Below, one piece after another: positions 31,769 to 41,723 of a stretch of 64,000 nt of DNA. The translations under genes were made by a program, and so were the position numbers. The notes beneath the pieces are model-generated. The model was not told where the DNA came from. It saw only the letters and a list, made by a program, of their open reading frames with translations, and searched no databases. The DNA comes from an uncultured Verrucomicrobiae bacterium (lineage in GTDB: Bacteria > Verrucomicrobiota > Verrucomicrobiia > Limisphaerales > Palsa-1400), in contig CAVPOM010000018.1 in the NCBI GenBank assembly GCA_963707025.1, positions 384,001-448,000 on the forward strand. Reading direction: 5' to 3'. The first letter of the stretch is position 1. Each line of letters starts with the position of its first letter.

Positions 31769-31839
31769 GTTGGTTTGATCTCCTCTCTGCTTTCACCGCC
31801 GCCCCGCCATCGCGCCTAAGAGAACCTGCAACGCAATCA

Positions 31840-33465
31840 CTATTGCGAGGAGCGATAGAACCTGGCCGATGACGTTGCGGTGACATCAAGCAAAAATGTT
31901 CCCGAACTATCCGGCGTGCCGGTCTGCAATGTGTGCCATGGAGCGCTCAGGTTTGTTGTGAATTGGATGGTGTACGTCTGGCCGGGGACGCCTAAAACAC
32001 TGAGTTGCAACATCCCGACGCCCACCGCCTTGATGCTGAGCGAATTAATGTTCACGCCTGGGGGCGGATAGTTTTGAGCTGCATCGTCAAGCACCAGCAC
32101 CCAGTCATTGGTGTCCGGCGGGCTGAAGGTTTGCGTGCCGATTGTGGCGTAGCCGCCGATGGCGGTGGCCGCGCCGCTGCGCGGATCATACCACCACGCC
32201 AGCGCCGCGGGGCCGGAAATTTGTGTCATGTTCACCGTCGGCGTCATGCTATAACCCGGAATGTAGGCGATGACCGACTTGCCCGTGGCCTCGCGCATAC
32301 AGGTCACATAATTTTGCTGCCCGTAGATCCCGTAACCCGCCGTCACCACGGTGTTGCTGTAATCAGGGATGCAGTTCCACCAAGGCCTTGTGTTCATCAA
32401 CTTTATGACGTTGCTCACGCTGGCTCCTGGCGACGTGAGGTTGGTCTGCCAGTTGGCCGCAAAGGGCCAGATGTTGGCGTTGCCGTAGAAATGGCCGCAC
32501 TCGCCGTAAGTGACCGACCCCCAGGCGTAACGCCGGCAATCATAGCCGGTGGCGCCCGCGCTGGTGGGAAGATAAGCTGAGTATTCATACCACGGCTCGC
32601 GCGCAAAACTGGGCATCGTCGGAGAATAAAACCAGTTGGTCTTGGCATGGTCATACGTTATGTAATTCGCGCTCCCGGGAGGCGTGCGCGGGTAGGTGTC
32701 GTTCAAATTGCACCAACTGTTGGTGTAAAAGAGCTTGGCAGGCTCGAAAGGAATGGACTGCGCGGTGATCAAATGATTGGTGTCCTGGGAAAGAATGCCA
32801 CCGGCGATGACGGTCCACACATTCTGCTCATCATTGTCGCCTGCCCCGATATAGACGATGTTGGGGAACGAAGCGTAACGGCCCCCGATGAACGCCCCCC
32901 ATTGAAAGACGCTGTTGCTCGGATTGGCCGACGCTATTCCATACCAGTTGTCCGACCCCCCGTCGAACATCGGGTAAATGAAGCAGCAGATTCCGTAGTA
33001 GGCCGCCCGGTTTATCACCCAATCCACATTCGTAAAATAATTCACATTCCAGGTCAGGAGATTGGTTTGCGGCCCGGCGATGGTGCCGGTGAAGGGGTTT
33101 TGCCCATATAGGTTGGTCTGCACATTCCAATCGCTCAGTTGCGGGGCGGTGATGTCCAAGATGACCGAGTTGAAGCCCTGCGCCCACCGATTGCTCAGAT
33201 ACCAGTCCACGTTGGAACTGGTGATGTATTCGGTCAGATACCACGGGCTGTCGCCTTGGATGAAATAGGGGACATTGTTCTGGTCCACCAGATAATGCTG
33301 CCCGGCATTGTATTTCAGCGGATAGGCCACTCCGGCAATTGTCCAATACGGTACGAAGGACATCCACAACACCGCCAATGTTTCCCAAAGGAAATGATTT
33401 CGTGCCCAACGTCTTGCGCATCCGCAGGCCGAAACCGGTTGTGCATACATAATCGTTTCTATCAT
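31840..33465 (-). CDS. Secreted DUF4038 (apiosidase-like) protein + collagen-binding-type domain + C-terminal TNL/FYR domain
   Basis: YLVDQNNVPYFIQGDSPW, YL..R..QGFN, EPWYE, GHFYG, AWWYDPRSG, DWVLVL. Confidence 0.85.
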   Translation of the reverse strand: MIETIMYAQPVSACGCARRWARNHFLWETLAVLWMSFVPYWTIAGVAYPLKYNAGQHYLVDQNNVPYFIQGDSPWYLTEYITSSNVDWYLSNRWAQGFNSVILDITAPQLSDWNVQTNLYGQNPFTGTIAGPQTNLLTWNVNYFTNVDWVINRAAYYGICCFIYPMFDGGSDNWYGIASANPSNSVFQWGAFIGGRYASFPNIVYIGAGDNDEQNVWTVIAGGILSQDTNHLITAQSIPFEPAKLFYTNSWCNLNDTYPRTPPGSANYITYDHAKTNWFYSPTMPSFAREPWYEYSAYLPTSAGATGYDCRRYAWGSVTYGECGHFYGNANIWPFAANWQTNLTSPGASVSNVIKLMNTRPWWNCIPDYSNTVVTAGYGIYGQQNYVTCMREATGKSVIAYIPGYSMTPTVNMTQISGPAALAWWYDPRSGAATAIGGYATIGTQTFSPPDTNDWVLVLDDAAQNYPPPGVNINSLSIKAVGVGMLQLSVLGVPGQTYTIQFTTNLSAPWHTLQTGTPDSSGTFLLDVTATSSARFYRSSQ

Positions 33466-33549
33466 ATTGTCTTGTTATACCAGTGTGCCCCACCTGTCAA
33501 CGCCTGTGCAGTCGTTCGGGGGAACCGCCCTCACAGCAACGACCCGGCT

Positions 33550-35208
33550 TTATTTGTTCGGACGGTTGTTCCCTATAAAAACCAGGAGGTCCACCGCATT
33601 CTGTCGCCCCATAGGAAGATGCATAGGCGGTTGGAACTGCGTTGAGTTGCGTAAGCGAACAATAAAATCGGCATTGTATAAGTTGTCGGCTAGGAAATCG
33701 GTATAGGCATGGGCCGTGAAGTCCGCGCTGGTCAGGACGACATCGCAAGCGGTCGCTGCGGCGACAATCGAATTCAAGTTGGTTGGGCCATCGTCGTGGC
33801 GCCAAAGCCAGTTGACACGGGGTGGCGTTTCATCATGCCGCAGCCAGGGGTACTGTATTCCTTCGGGATTCAATTCGCCAACGCCGCCGAGATACCCGAT
33901 CGTTGGATTTGTAATTCCTTTCGACCGCAGCAGCACGCGCAGTTGATTCCAATCCCACTGCTCCCTTCGAGCCAAGGCCGTCCAGGCGGTGCGCACTCCC
34001 GGAAAATCCTCCGGCCAGGCGAGCGGTTTCAGGATCATGGCAAGTTGCACGAAAACGATGAGGTTCAAGACGAGGAAGCGCAAGGGAGAAGACATCCATC
34101 CCTGCCGTTGCGCGAGCAAGGCAAAGCCGGCTGCGAAGAGGATCAGCGTCGCACTGACGTGATAAATAAGCGGGTCGGGAACACTCACGGAAAGCAGGCA
34201 GAGGGGCAGCGGAGCGAGCAAGGCGCAGGCAATGGACATGGCTGATGGCCTCGAAGTTGGCGGTGCCAGGCTGGCCAGGCGGCCAATGATGGCCAAGAGC
34301 AGGACCGCCATACACCAACAAGCCAGGGGGAGTCCGATGCCTTGCCGGACAAATTCCTGAAACCAGAGTGCGGTGGCGTGGACTCCCGGGGGGCCGTAGC
34401 CGTGTCGCACCGTACCCAGCGCGTAATGCGCGTAGGAAGCGGCGGAGCGAAAATTCACGAGCCACCAAGGGGCGGCGATGAGGCTTCCAATGACGCAGGC
34501 ATTGACGATGAATTGGGGGCTGGGGCCAGTGATCTTCTTGCACAGGCGAAAGCAAACAACTAATAACAAGAAAAAACCGGCCAGGGTCGCAAAACTGGCC
34601 TTGGCCAAGGCTCCGATTCCCAAGGAAACCCCGAGTCCAAGGCAGTTGCCTAAGCTCTCGCTGGCATGATCCCAATTACGGAAAACGAAGCAGCACGTTC
34701 CCGCAGTGGCAAGGTAGAGCGGGTATTCGTTGTAGAACACCGTATTGAAGAAGACAATGTCGGGGCACAAGGCTAGAAAAATCACCGCCAGCGCGGCTGG
34801 CTTGCGCCCGGCGACGCTGGCTACGCCGATAAAAAGCAACCAGAATGTGAGGACACGAAACAAGATTGCGACCATTCGGAGCACAAAGGTGCTTGGACCA
34901 AAGAGGGCGGCCAATGGAAAGGCGAGGATGCGGTAGGCCGGCGGGCGCTCCCTATCTTCGGCAAACCAGGCCTTTATCAGCCCGTGGATTCCGTTTGCGT
35001 GGAAATGGCCAATGTCGGTTTGCATTTCGTTGATATAATGCGATTCATCCCAATTAAATCCATAAGGATGCTCATGGCTCCACCAAAGCGACGCAAGCGT
35101 GACCAATACAACGACGGCCAACGCCAACAGGGGAAGATACGGCGTCTGAGCGCCGGCCGGAGTGCCCGAAGGAATCTCGGAGTCAACTGCGTGCGAGGAT
35201 TGCACCAT
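33550..35208 (-). CDS. ArnT/PMT-like (GT-C) membrane glycosyltransferase
   Basis: WDESHY loop, RPP motif, ~11 hydrophobic segments, GALAK, APWW. Confidence 0.75.
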   Translation of the reverse strand: MVQSSHAVDSEIPSGTPAGAQTPYLPLLALAVVVLVTLASLWWSHEHPYGFNWDESHYINEMQTDIGHFHANGIHGLIKAWFAEDRERPPAYRILAFPLAALFGPSTFVLRMVAILFRVLTFWLLFIGVASVAGRKPAALAVIFLALCPDIVFFNTVFYNEYPLYLATAGTCCFVFRNWDHASESLGNCLGLGVSLGIGALAKASFATLAGFFLLLVVCFRLCKKITGPSPQFIVNACVIGSLIAAPWWLVNFRSAASYAHYALGTVRHGYGPPGVHATALWFQEFVRQGIGLPLACWCMAVLLLAIIGRLASLAPPTSRPSAMSIACALLAPLPLCLLSVSVPDPLIYHVSATLILFAAGFALLAQRQGWMSSPLRFLVLNLIVFVQLAMILKPLAWPEDFPGVRTAWTALARREQWDWNQLRVLLRSKGITNPTIGYLGGVGELNPEGIQYPWLRHDETPPRVNWLWRHDDGPTNLNSIVAAATACDVVLTSADFTAHAYTDFLADNLYNADFIVRLRNSTQFQPPMHLPMGRQNAVDLLVFIGNNRPNK

Positions 35209-35750
35209 GGCTTGGAGGTTACGAAAGCGACAACGGAAACTACTACAGAGCGACTAAAAGCACGGGTTATCTTGATTCAGCGTGAAATGGACTTTCCCAG
35301 TTCACGCTTAAGTACTAATAAGGCTGTGGATTCCTGCCCCAAACCCAAGTTTTTTGAGGCATGCGGAGGCTCTAAAATAAAGGTCTCCAGCAAGTTTTTT
35401 CGGGGAGGTTTTTAGCTTCCCCAAAAAGTGCAGACGTTTTTATTTCGTCGCCTCATCCCGTTATCCCTCGGCGGTTCGCTCTTGAGCAGAGGCCGCTTCT
35501 GGTTCGCGGGACGTGGCCACTCCGGCAGCCGCCGTTTGATTTGTCAAACCCGATTTTTGCGATTGTGGCGCTTTTTCCTCGAGCGCAGCAGGCATGGCCC
35601 TGGCAGCCCGGCGCCTGCGCTGGCGCTGCTGCCGGGTGGCCTCCACTTTTAACATGCGGGAAAGAAATCCTTCAATCGAAATAGGCACCGACGGTCTTTC
35701 TTTTTGCGATTAATGTTGCTTTGCCGGATCATAAAGGCTCTCCAACTTGG

Positions 35751-37571
35751 TCAATGCTGAGCCGCCGATGCCTTGGGAACAGGCTGTAACTCATCGCGCA
35801 AATCAGGCTGTTGGGATATAGTCCACCGTGTTATTGAAGCATCCAACCAACGATCTGGAATTACAGGCCGGTTGGGAAACGCGAAATGAAGATAGCGCTT
35901 GAGAAAATTAAATGCGCGCGGAACGCGAGGGCCAGGCTCGTAAGAAAATAAGAGGTCGCCGCCCTCCCGGTATACGGTGCTTTCAGCAAGAGAAGCATCG
36001 TCCTTCGGCAGAACAATGACAAGATCTCCCGGCTCAGGCCCACGACCGGCATGACCCCTGATCCCATGATATTCCTCAAGCAGTCCGTCATTGGCCACAA
36101 CCCGACTGACCAACACAACATTGTTCGTTCCCGCTGATTCATCCCCCGCTCGTTCAACAGGCAGCCCGCGATAGCTGAGATAGGCGCCAAATTCCATCAT
36201 CACATAGTGGCTGGAGAAGGGAAAGAAAAGCCTTAGCGTTTTACCCGCCCGACGTTGATACTGCGCTTGAATCACACTGCCAATTTCGGCATTGCCATGA
36301 ATGCAGTTCTTTCGCTCGAATTCACGAAAGGCTGAAAGCAAAACGCTTTGAAAGAGGATCGCAAACAGCAGCAACAAAGAGGCAATCCTGATCCCGAGGC
36401 TCAGTTTTCCAAACGACCGAATAGCGAGCCTGCCAAGGCACAAGGCCGCGATGACATCCACAGGCGCCAGGTAGTAGGCGCTTGCCATGCCTAATATAAG
36501 GAATCCAGCGAAATAAGCCATGGCGCCATAGGCCAATCCATCCCAAAGCAGCGATGGCGTAATTCTGCGTCGCCAAATCAAATAGGTCCGGCCGATCACC
36601 AAGGCGACAAAAACCCAGGCCATGAGATCCATCCTCAAGTAGGCGAGCAGCACTTCCAGTTCCGGAAGCCGCTGTTGATGAGCGTAATGCAGACTCGTAT
36701 GCCGAAACATTACTGCGGCGTAATAAAGCACGAAAACCAGCCCAAGCGAAACAAAGCACAGGTCCAGGCGACTTGCCTTCTCCTGGAGCCGGCTGAAATC
36801 CCATCCTGGCCGGTCGGGGTTTCGACACCGCAATAAAAGCCGCCCGCCAACGAAGCCCCACAGGAAAAGGAAGGCCGTCTCCTTGTAATAGATCATGAAC
36901 TGAGCACAGACGATTGCAGCCACGGCACTTGAGGTGGACTGAGTCCGGTCGAAACGCTTGATAAAAAACGACAGGCAAAGAAGCCAGAACACCACGTTGC
37001 GCTCCTGATAAATCAAGCCGCCGAAGGCGACAAAAACACTTGGGGTCATCAGGACACATGCAGCCAGACATACAGGCGCAGCAATTTTCAACCCGCCATC
37101 AAGGTTGACGAGAAGGAGGGATACAATCAGGAGCTGAAGTATAGGCAGAGCGTGATAGGCGGCAACGCTCCTGCCAAAGTGACGCACCAAGTTAAACTCC
37201 TGGAAGCCAAGAGGGAAAAAGCGGCCGCCGTATGGCCAGATCGGCGGATCAATGTTGTGGTTTTTAAGCGTAAACAAGGTAAAGACGGAATTGTCGTTGT
37301 AGGCGAAGCCCTCCCATAGCATCATTAGAGCGATATAACACGCCAGGAATGCGCCGAACAACACCAGCACTGCAAAGACATTACGGGACCAAATCAAAGC
37401 CTGAGGCCGAACTGGATTGCTCGGCACCTCCTGTTTCTCGTCAGGCACCCTCATCCTTGCCCGGCTGACAAACCACGCCGAAGCGACCGCTGCCACCACG
37501 GTCAGGGTGATCCAGATTGGCCAGAAACACGAGATCCGCTGCCGCCACAAGGCCTGGAGAATATCGTGCAT
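35751..37571 (-). CDS. Polytopic membrane protein, possible GT-C glycosyltransferase
   Basis: FAYNDN, GRFFPL, YQER, YYKET motifs in loops; many TM segments; soluble C-terminal domain. Confidence 0.6.
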   Translation of the reverse strand: MHDILQALWRQRISCFWPIWITLTVVAAVASAWFVSRARMRVPDEKQEVPSNPVRPQALIWSRNVFAVLVLFGAFLACYIALMMLWEGFAYNDNSVFTLFTLKNHNIDPPIWPYGGRFFPLGFQEFNLVRHFGRSVAAYHALPILQLLIVSLLLVNLDGGLKIAAPVCLAACVLMTPSVFVAFGGLIYQERNVVFWLLCLSFFIKRFDRTQSTSSAVAAIVCAQFMIYYKETAFLFLWGFVGGRLLLRCRNPDRPGWDFSRLQEKASRLDLCFVSLGLVFVLYYAAVMFRHTSLHYAHQQRLPELEVLLAYLRMDLMAWVFVALVIGRTYLIWRRRITPSLLWDGLAYGAMAYFAGFLILGMASAYYLAPVDVIAALCLGRLAIRSFGKLSLGIRIASLLLLFAILFQSVLLSAFREFERKNCIHGNAEIGSVIQAQYQRRAGKTLRLFFPFSSHYVMMEFGAYLSYRGLPVERAGDESAGTNNVVLVSRVVANDGLLEEYHGIRGHAGRGPEPGDLVIVLPKDDASLAESTVYREGGDLLFSYEPGPRVPRAFNFLKRYLHFAFPNRPVIPDRWLDASITRWTISQQPDLRDELQPVPKASAAQH

Positions 37572-37958
37572 ACACGATGTTATCTGGAATTTCCCATTTG
37601 GGCTTTTGCCCAAGACCGGCGTGGGGCTTTTTCGTGATTTTCTTCCCTCGCCACAAGTTTGCAAGTCTCGTTTCCAGTCCGACCTCGATTTTTCTCTGGC
37701 AGAGGGGTGCTTCGCTGCGATTTGTGCCTTTCCGCACGGTCTCCCACCCCACGCGAAGACACCGCGTACGTGGTTTCCATTGTTTTCATGCGAGTCCTCT
37801 CACTTTTCCTTCATTCATTCTTATTATCCGTCATGTTTTCCAGTCTGAGTTACTGCTAACCCAAATTTTGGAAAAGTCCATTTTCAACTGAGGCAAGACA
37901 GTGCGCGCTGAAGCCACTTGAGCAACATTCTCCGACGATGGGGATAAGTGTCTGACGA

Positions 37959-39224
37959 TCATTGTCGGACCCCATTCGAAGCTACTTCTCTAAAACGAGC
38001 TGCAATCGCCTCCGGCGAAAATTGCCTCCTGGCTCGTTCCCTGGCAGCCTTGCCCATCTCCTTCCTTGTTTCTGGTTTTTGGTAAAGGAAAGTCAACGCA
38101 TCCGCAAGCTCCGCAGGAGACTCTTCCGGCACTAGAACGCCTGTTGCGCCATCAACCACAGCATCGGGGATGCCGCCGCTCCTCGATCCAACCGCGGGAA
38201 CTCCGAATGCTGCAGCCTCGGCAAACGCTATGCCGAAACCTTCCTGCCATGGGATCGTCGGATCGAGCCGCGAAGGCATAACAAATACATCGCCATTGCG
38301 CAAGAGAGACCATTTTTTCTCGCCAGCAACGGAGCCCTCGAAATGAACTTTGTGCCGCAATCCAAGTTCATCCACAAGCGCCTCAAGAAAGCTTCTCTCG
38401 GGGCCATCCCCGCCGATGACATACCGATGGGGAATCCCTCTTGCAGCAAGAATCTTAAGGGCACGGAGCACAATGTCAACGCCCTTGCCCCTCACCAACC
38501 TACAAATTGTCACAAGATTGAGATAATCGTCCTTTTTAGCCCTAGGCTCCAAAACGGCGGATGCTTTTAGTGCCTCTTCGGATATCGGCGGATAAATGAC
38601 CTTGACCCTATCGGGTGGAACCTTCCACGCCTCCAGCAATGATTTAGTGTGGCGGGAATTCGCCGCAATCCAGCTAGCCCCTCTCAACATCACTCCCCTT
38701 TTAACGAGGTCGTTCTTCTTGTGATTCGGGAGCCGGCGAATTTCAGCGTCGTGAGCTATTATTCCATACGGCCGGTGCCGTCCGATCAAGGACAAGGCAA
38801 GTGGATAGAGCCTCAGGTCCAAATACCCAAAAACAACCGCTGTTGGCTTCTCCTTTGACAGAATCCCCTCCAGTTCCGCGATCGAAGCGGTCGAGGCCTT
38901 AAAAAAGAAGGTCCCCTCCAAAACACGGCGACAATTGGGGCTTAAACATCGAAGGATTTCCAGCAGGCTGACACATTTCCTGCCCAGCCAGTTTGCGGGT
39001 TTACCGTCACAAATTAGTTGGAATGGAATCACCCATGCTTCGTACTTTTCCAGGAATCCTTTCCGTTCGTTTTCGTCGGGCCGAACGACCGCCAGCACTT
39101 TTACCGAGTCGCCGAGGCTCATAAGGCCTCGCATCAGGCTATCTAGATAAGTGTCAACTCCTCCGGGCCATATCATTGCCCCGCCCCAATCAGAAGCTAT
39201 TAACAAAAAGCGATTTGTTTCCAT
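37959..39224 (-). CDS. Glycosyltransferase family 4
   Basis: GGVDTY, ANSRHT, RLVRGKG, EGFGIAFAEA, GGIPDAV. Confidence 0.92.
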   Translation of the reverse strand: METNRFLLIASDWGGAMIWPGGVDTYLDSLMRGLMSLGDSVKVLAVVRPDENERKGFLEKYEAWVIPFQLICDGKPANWLGRKCVSLLEILRCLSPNCRRVLEGTFFFKASTASIAELEGILSKEKPTAVVFGYLDLRLYPLALSLIGRHRPYGIIAHDAEIRRLPNHKKNDLVKRGVMLRGASWIAANSRHTKSLLEAWKVPPDRVKVIYPPISEEALKASAVLEPRAKKDDYLNLVTICRLVRGKGVDIVLRALKILAARGIPHRYVIGGDGPERSFLEALVDELGLRHKVHFEGSVAGEKKWSLLRNGDVFVMPSRLDPTIPWQEGFGIAFAEAAAFGVPAVGSRSGGIPDAVVDGATGVLVPEESPAELADALTFLYQKPETRKEMGKAARERARRQFSPEAIAARFREVASNGVRQ

Positions 39225-39369
39225 TGCGGCCTCGTGCGGTAAGAATTGTGTCAACCTCTGCAGGGTGATCATTCCGCTGACCCAGTGTCCGGCCCAAGCG
39301 GTCACCTGGGAAGGAAGTGATCTGTTATTAGGTAGCGGGGATGGTGTATCATTTGGTGGAGGCTCAAAC

Positions 39370-40437
39370 CTATGGCAATTCTGTTCTGGGTTCGCCCCGA
39401 TCCGCTCCCGCTTGCCCTGCTGTCCGCGGCTGCAGGAGCGCCCGCCCGTCATCCAAGTCTGGGCGAAAGTCGTTATCCCACCTTCTCCAGAAAGCATGCC
39501 AAGCCTTTTCGATGACCGCACGAGGCAGCCACTTTGCCAACATCTTCCAATCGAAGGAATAGTTGATGGCCGCCATCCCGCTTCTATGAAATTCCCAGTA
39601 TTCGCGAGTCTTACGGTGTAGTGAGCAAGCTGACTGCGCAAGTTGCAGGAAGTATTCCCGTTCGGCACGCTTGAGACAGCGATCATACTCCTCCCCGGAA
39701 AGGTAGTCTCTGCCATGCGCGACGAGCATGGAAAGATGCACAAAGGGACCGATCCCGAACTGGCGTACACGCGACATGACCCCCGCATTACCCCAGCGGG
39801 AATAGGTCAGGACCTGATGGACGAAGCCAAAGTCCCAGGCCCGGAGCAGGTCAAAGCAGACATGGCCGTCCTCGAAGGGCGCGTACCTTTCGTCATAGAA
39901 CGGGTTTCGCGAGCGGACCAGCTCCGACCGCATCAGCAGTGAAGTGGGCGACCCAAAAACATACGTGCCGTGGAAAAAATAGAGGCGGCCAACGTCACGG
40001 CCGGAAAACATGCCGCTGGAATAAGGGAGGCCGTCCAGAACGACTTCAGCGCCTTCCAGCCGGTAAGCGGCGACGATGCCGACGCCGGGATGCGCCTCGG
40101 CCACCTCGACCATGCTCCGGACACAATCTGGAAACAACCAGTCATCCGCCTGAACCATCTTGCAGTATTTGCTCCCGGGTGAAATACAAGAAAGCGCAAA
40201 GTTGTAATTCTGGACTTGCGACAAGAATGACGGCGGACGGATGACACGTATCCTCCCTGGGAAACGCGACGCATAATTGGCGGCGATCGCACTCGACCCA
40301 TCCGTGCTGCAATTGTCCACGAGGAGGTATTCCGAATTTTCATAAGTCTGGCGCAGCACGCTTTCGATACACTCGGCCAGATACTCCTGTGTATTATAAA
40401 ATGGTGTGACGATGCTAACAAGAGGGGCGGTGCTCAC
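39370..40437 (-). CDS. Glycosyltransferase family 2
   Basis: VSIVTPFYN, SVLRQTY, VDNCSTDGS, ADD. Confidence 0.93.
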   Translation of the reverse strand: MSTAPLVSIVTPFYNTQEYLAECIESVLRQTYENSEYLLVDNCSTDGSSAIAANYASRFPGRIRVIRPPSFLSQVQNYNFALSCISPGSKYCKMVQADDWLFPDCVRSMVEVAEAHPGVGIVAAYRLEGAEVVLDGLPYSSGMFSGRDVGRLYFFHGTYVFGSPTSLLMRSELVRSRNPFYDERYAPFEDGHVCFDLLRAWDFGFVHQVLTYSRWGNAGVMSRVRQFGIGPFVHLSMLVAHGRDYLSGEEYDRCLKRAEREYFLQLAQSACSLHRKTREYWEFHRSGMAAINYSFDWKMLAKWLPRAVIEKAWHAFWRRWDNDFRPDLDDGRALLQPRTAGQAGADRGEPRTELP

Positions 40438-40659
40438 GATACTCTATCTTTTCAATTGCATCGAGCCTCATGGATGCCATCGAACGGTGCTTCCGTCCTG
40501 GGATCGGCCCGTCATTTCGCGCGGATCAAGAAAGCAACAACCAAGCCGCCATAGAGCGGGAAAAGCGACGATTGAGATCACCGGAAGGGCGGCCAAAGAG
40601 CGTCAAAAGCTTCTGTTAGATCCGCGTTTTCGATGTAGTGCCTCCAGGTTTCTCAAGTA

Positions 40660-41668
40660 TTATCCCACAGGCCCGCCGCAACTTCTTATATTATGCTTTT
40701 TTCTTGCGCGCCATTTGCTGTCGCGCAGCAGGCGGTACATCTCCACGATGTGGCCGGCGGCTCTCCACACCTCACACTTGTGGATAAATCTCCGCCGCGG
40801 GTTCAAGTCCAGCATCCACAGGAGTGTTCTTTTCGGCAGCTCGATTACAATCATTTTCAAAGCCGTGAAGCATCGCCGCGGAACGCCAAAATAAGCGGGA
40901 CCGAGTCCCCATACGCGGACACCGGCTCGAACCTTGGTCGAATATCCAGGCCAGAAAGTAATCCTTTCGTATCCGATTTTTCGGAACCGAGTGGTAAACA
41001 ACGGCGGCGGGCTCATAACACAACCGTTCCCCCTTGGCCATCAAGCGGCGACCGAATTCGCAGTCCTCACTGTGGGGCGGGATTGACTTGTTGGGGCTGG
41101 GTCCGAGGTCGGTACGAAAATCCCCGTATTTTTCACACATGGCCTTCCGAAAAGCCATGTTCGCTCCATAAGGAGGCGAAGCAAGTTCACATGGCTTGTC
41201 ACCCGCGTCGAAGTGGGCATAGAGAGTTGCCGCCATGCTGTTCGGACCGTCCAGTGGCAGCCAGCGGGGCGGTGAGAAGGTCTCTGCCGGAAGCGTTCGT
41301 CCTCCGGTGCCCGCCCAAGGACCCTCCTTCAGGGGCGCCGTCAAGTTCCACAACCATGCCGGATCCACGGTCACATCGTCGTCGGTGAAGGCCAGGACGT
41401 CGCCTCGCGCTTCGCGAATGCCGCTGTTCAGAGCAAACGACTTGCCCGGCTGTGGTTCGAAGAGATAACGGAAGCGTCCCGGAAACCGGCGACAATAATC
41501 CTCGACTACAGCACGCGTTTGATCGGTCGAATTGTTATCCACCACCAGAACCTCCCATTCGACAGACTTGGGTATTGTCGAGGCTGCAACACTAGCCAGA
41601 GTATTCCCAAGACTGCCGGCACGGTTATAGGTGCATAAAATGACCGTGATCTTCATGTTCTGCGTCAT
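40660..41668 (-). CDS. Glycosyltransferase family 2; +1 frameshift at ~40931
   Basis: ITVILCTYNR, VDNNSTD, FTDDD, GANMAFR; removing one T joins WIFDQG to RAGVRVWG. Confidence 0.88.
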
Positions 41669-41723
41669 CACTTCTCGTCTTCCCGGTCGCAAGGCAACAA
41701 GCCCGGTCAGATGAGCGAACTCA

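Noticed and set aside
35461..35688. 75-aa Arg-rich ORF within the glycan locus
   Set aside because: No recognisable motif and weak start support; cannot be called.
39225..39788. Long N-terminal extension of the GT4 ORF
   Set aside because: Overlaps the upstream GT2 gene in another frame; the GT4 fold starts at 39224.
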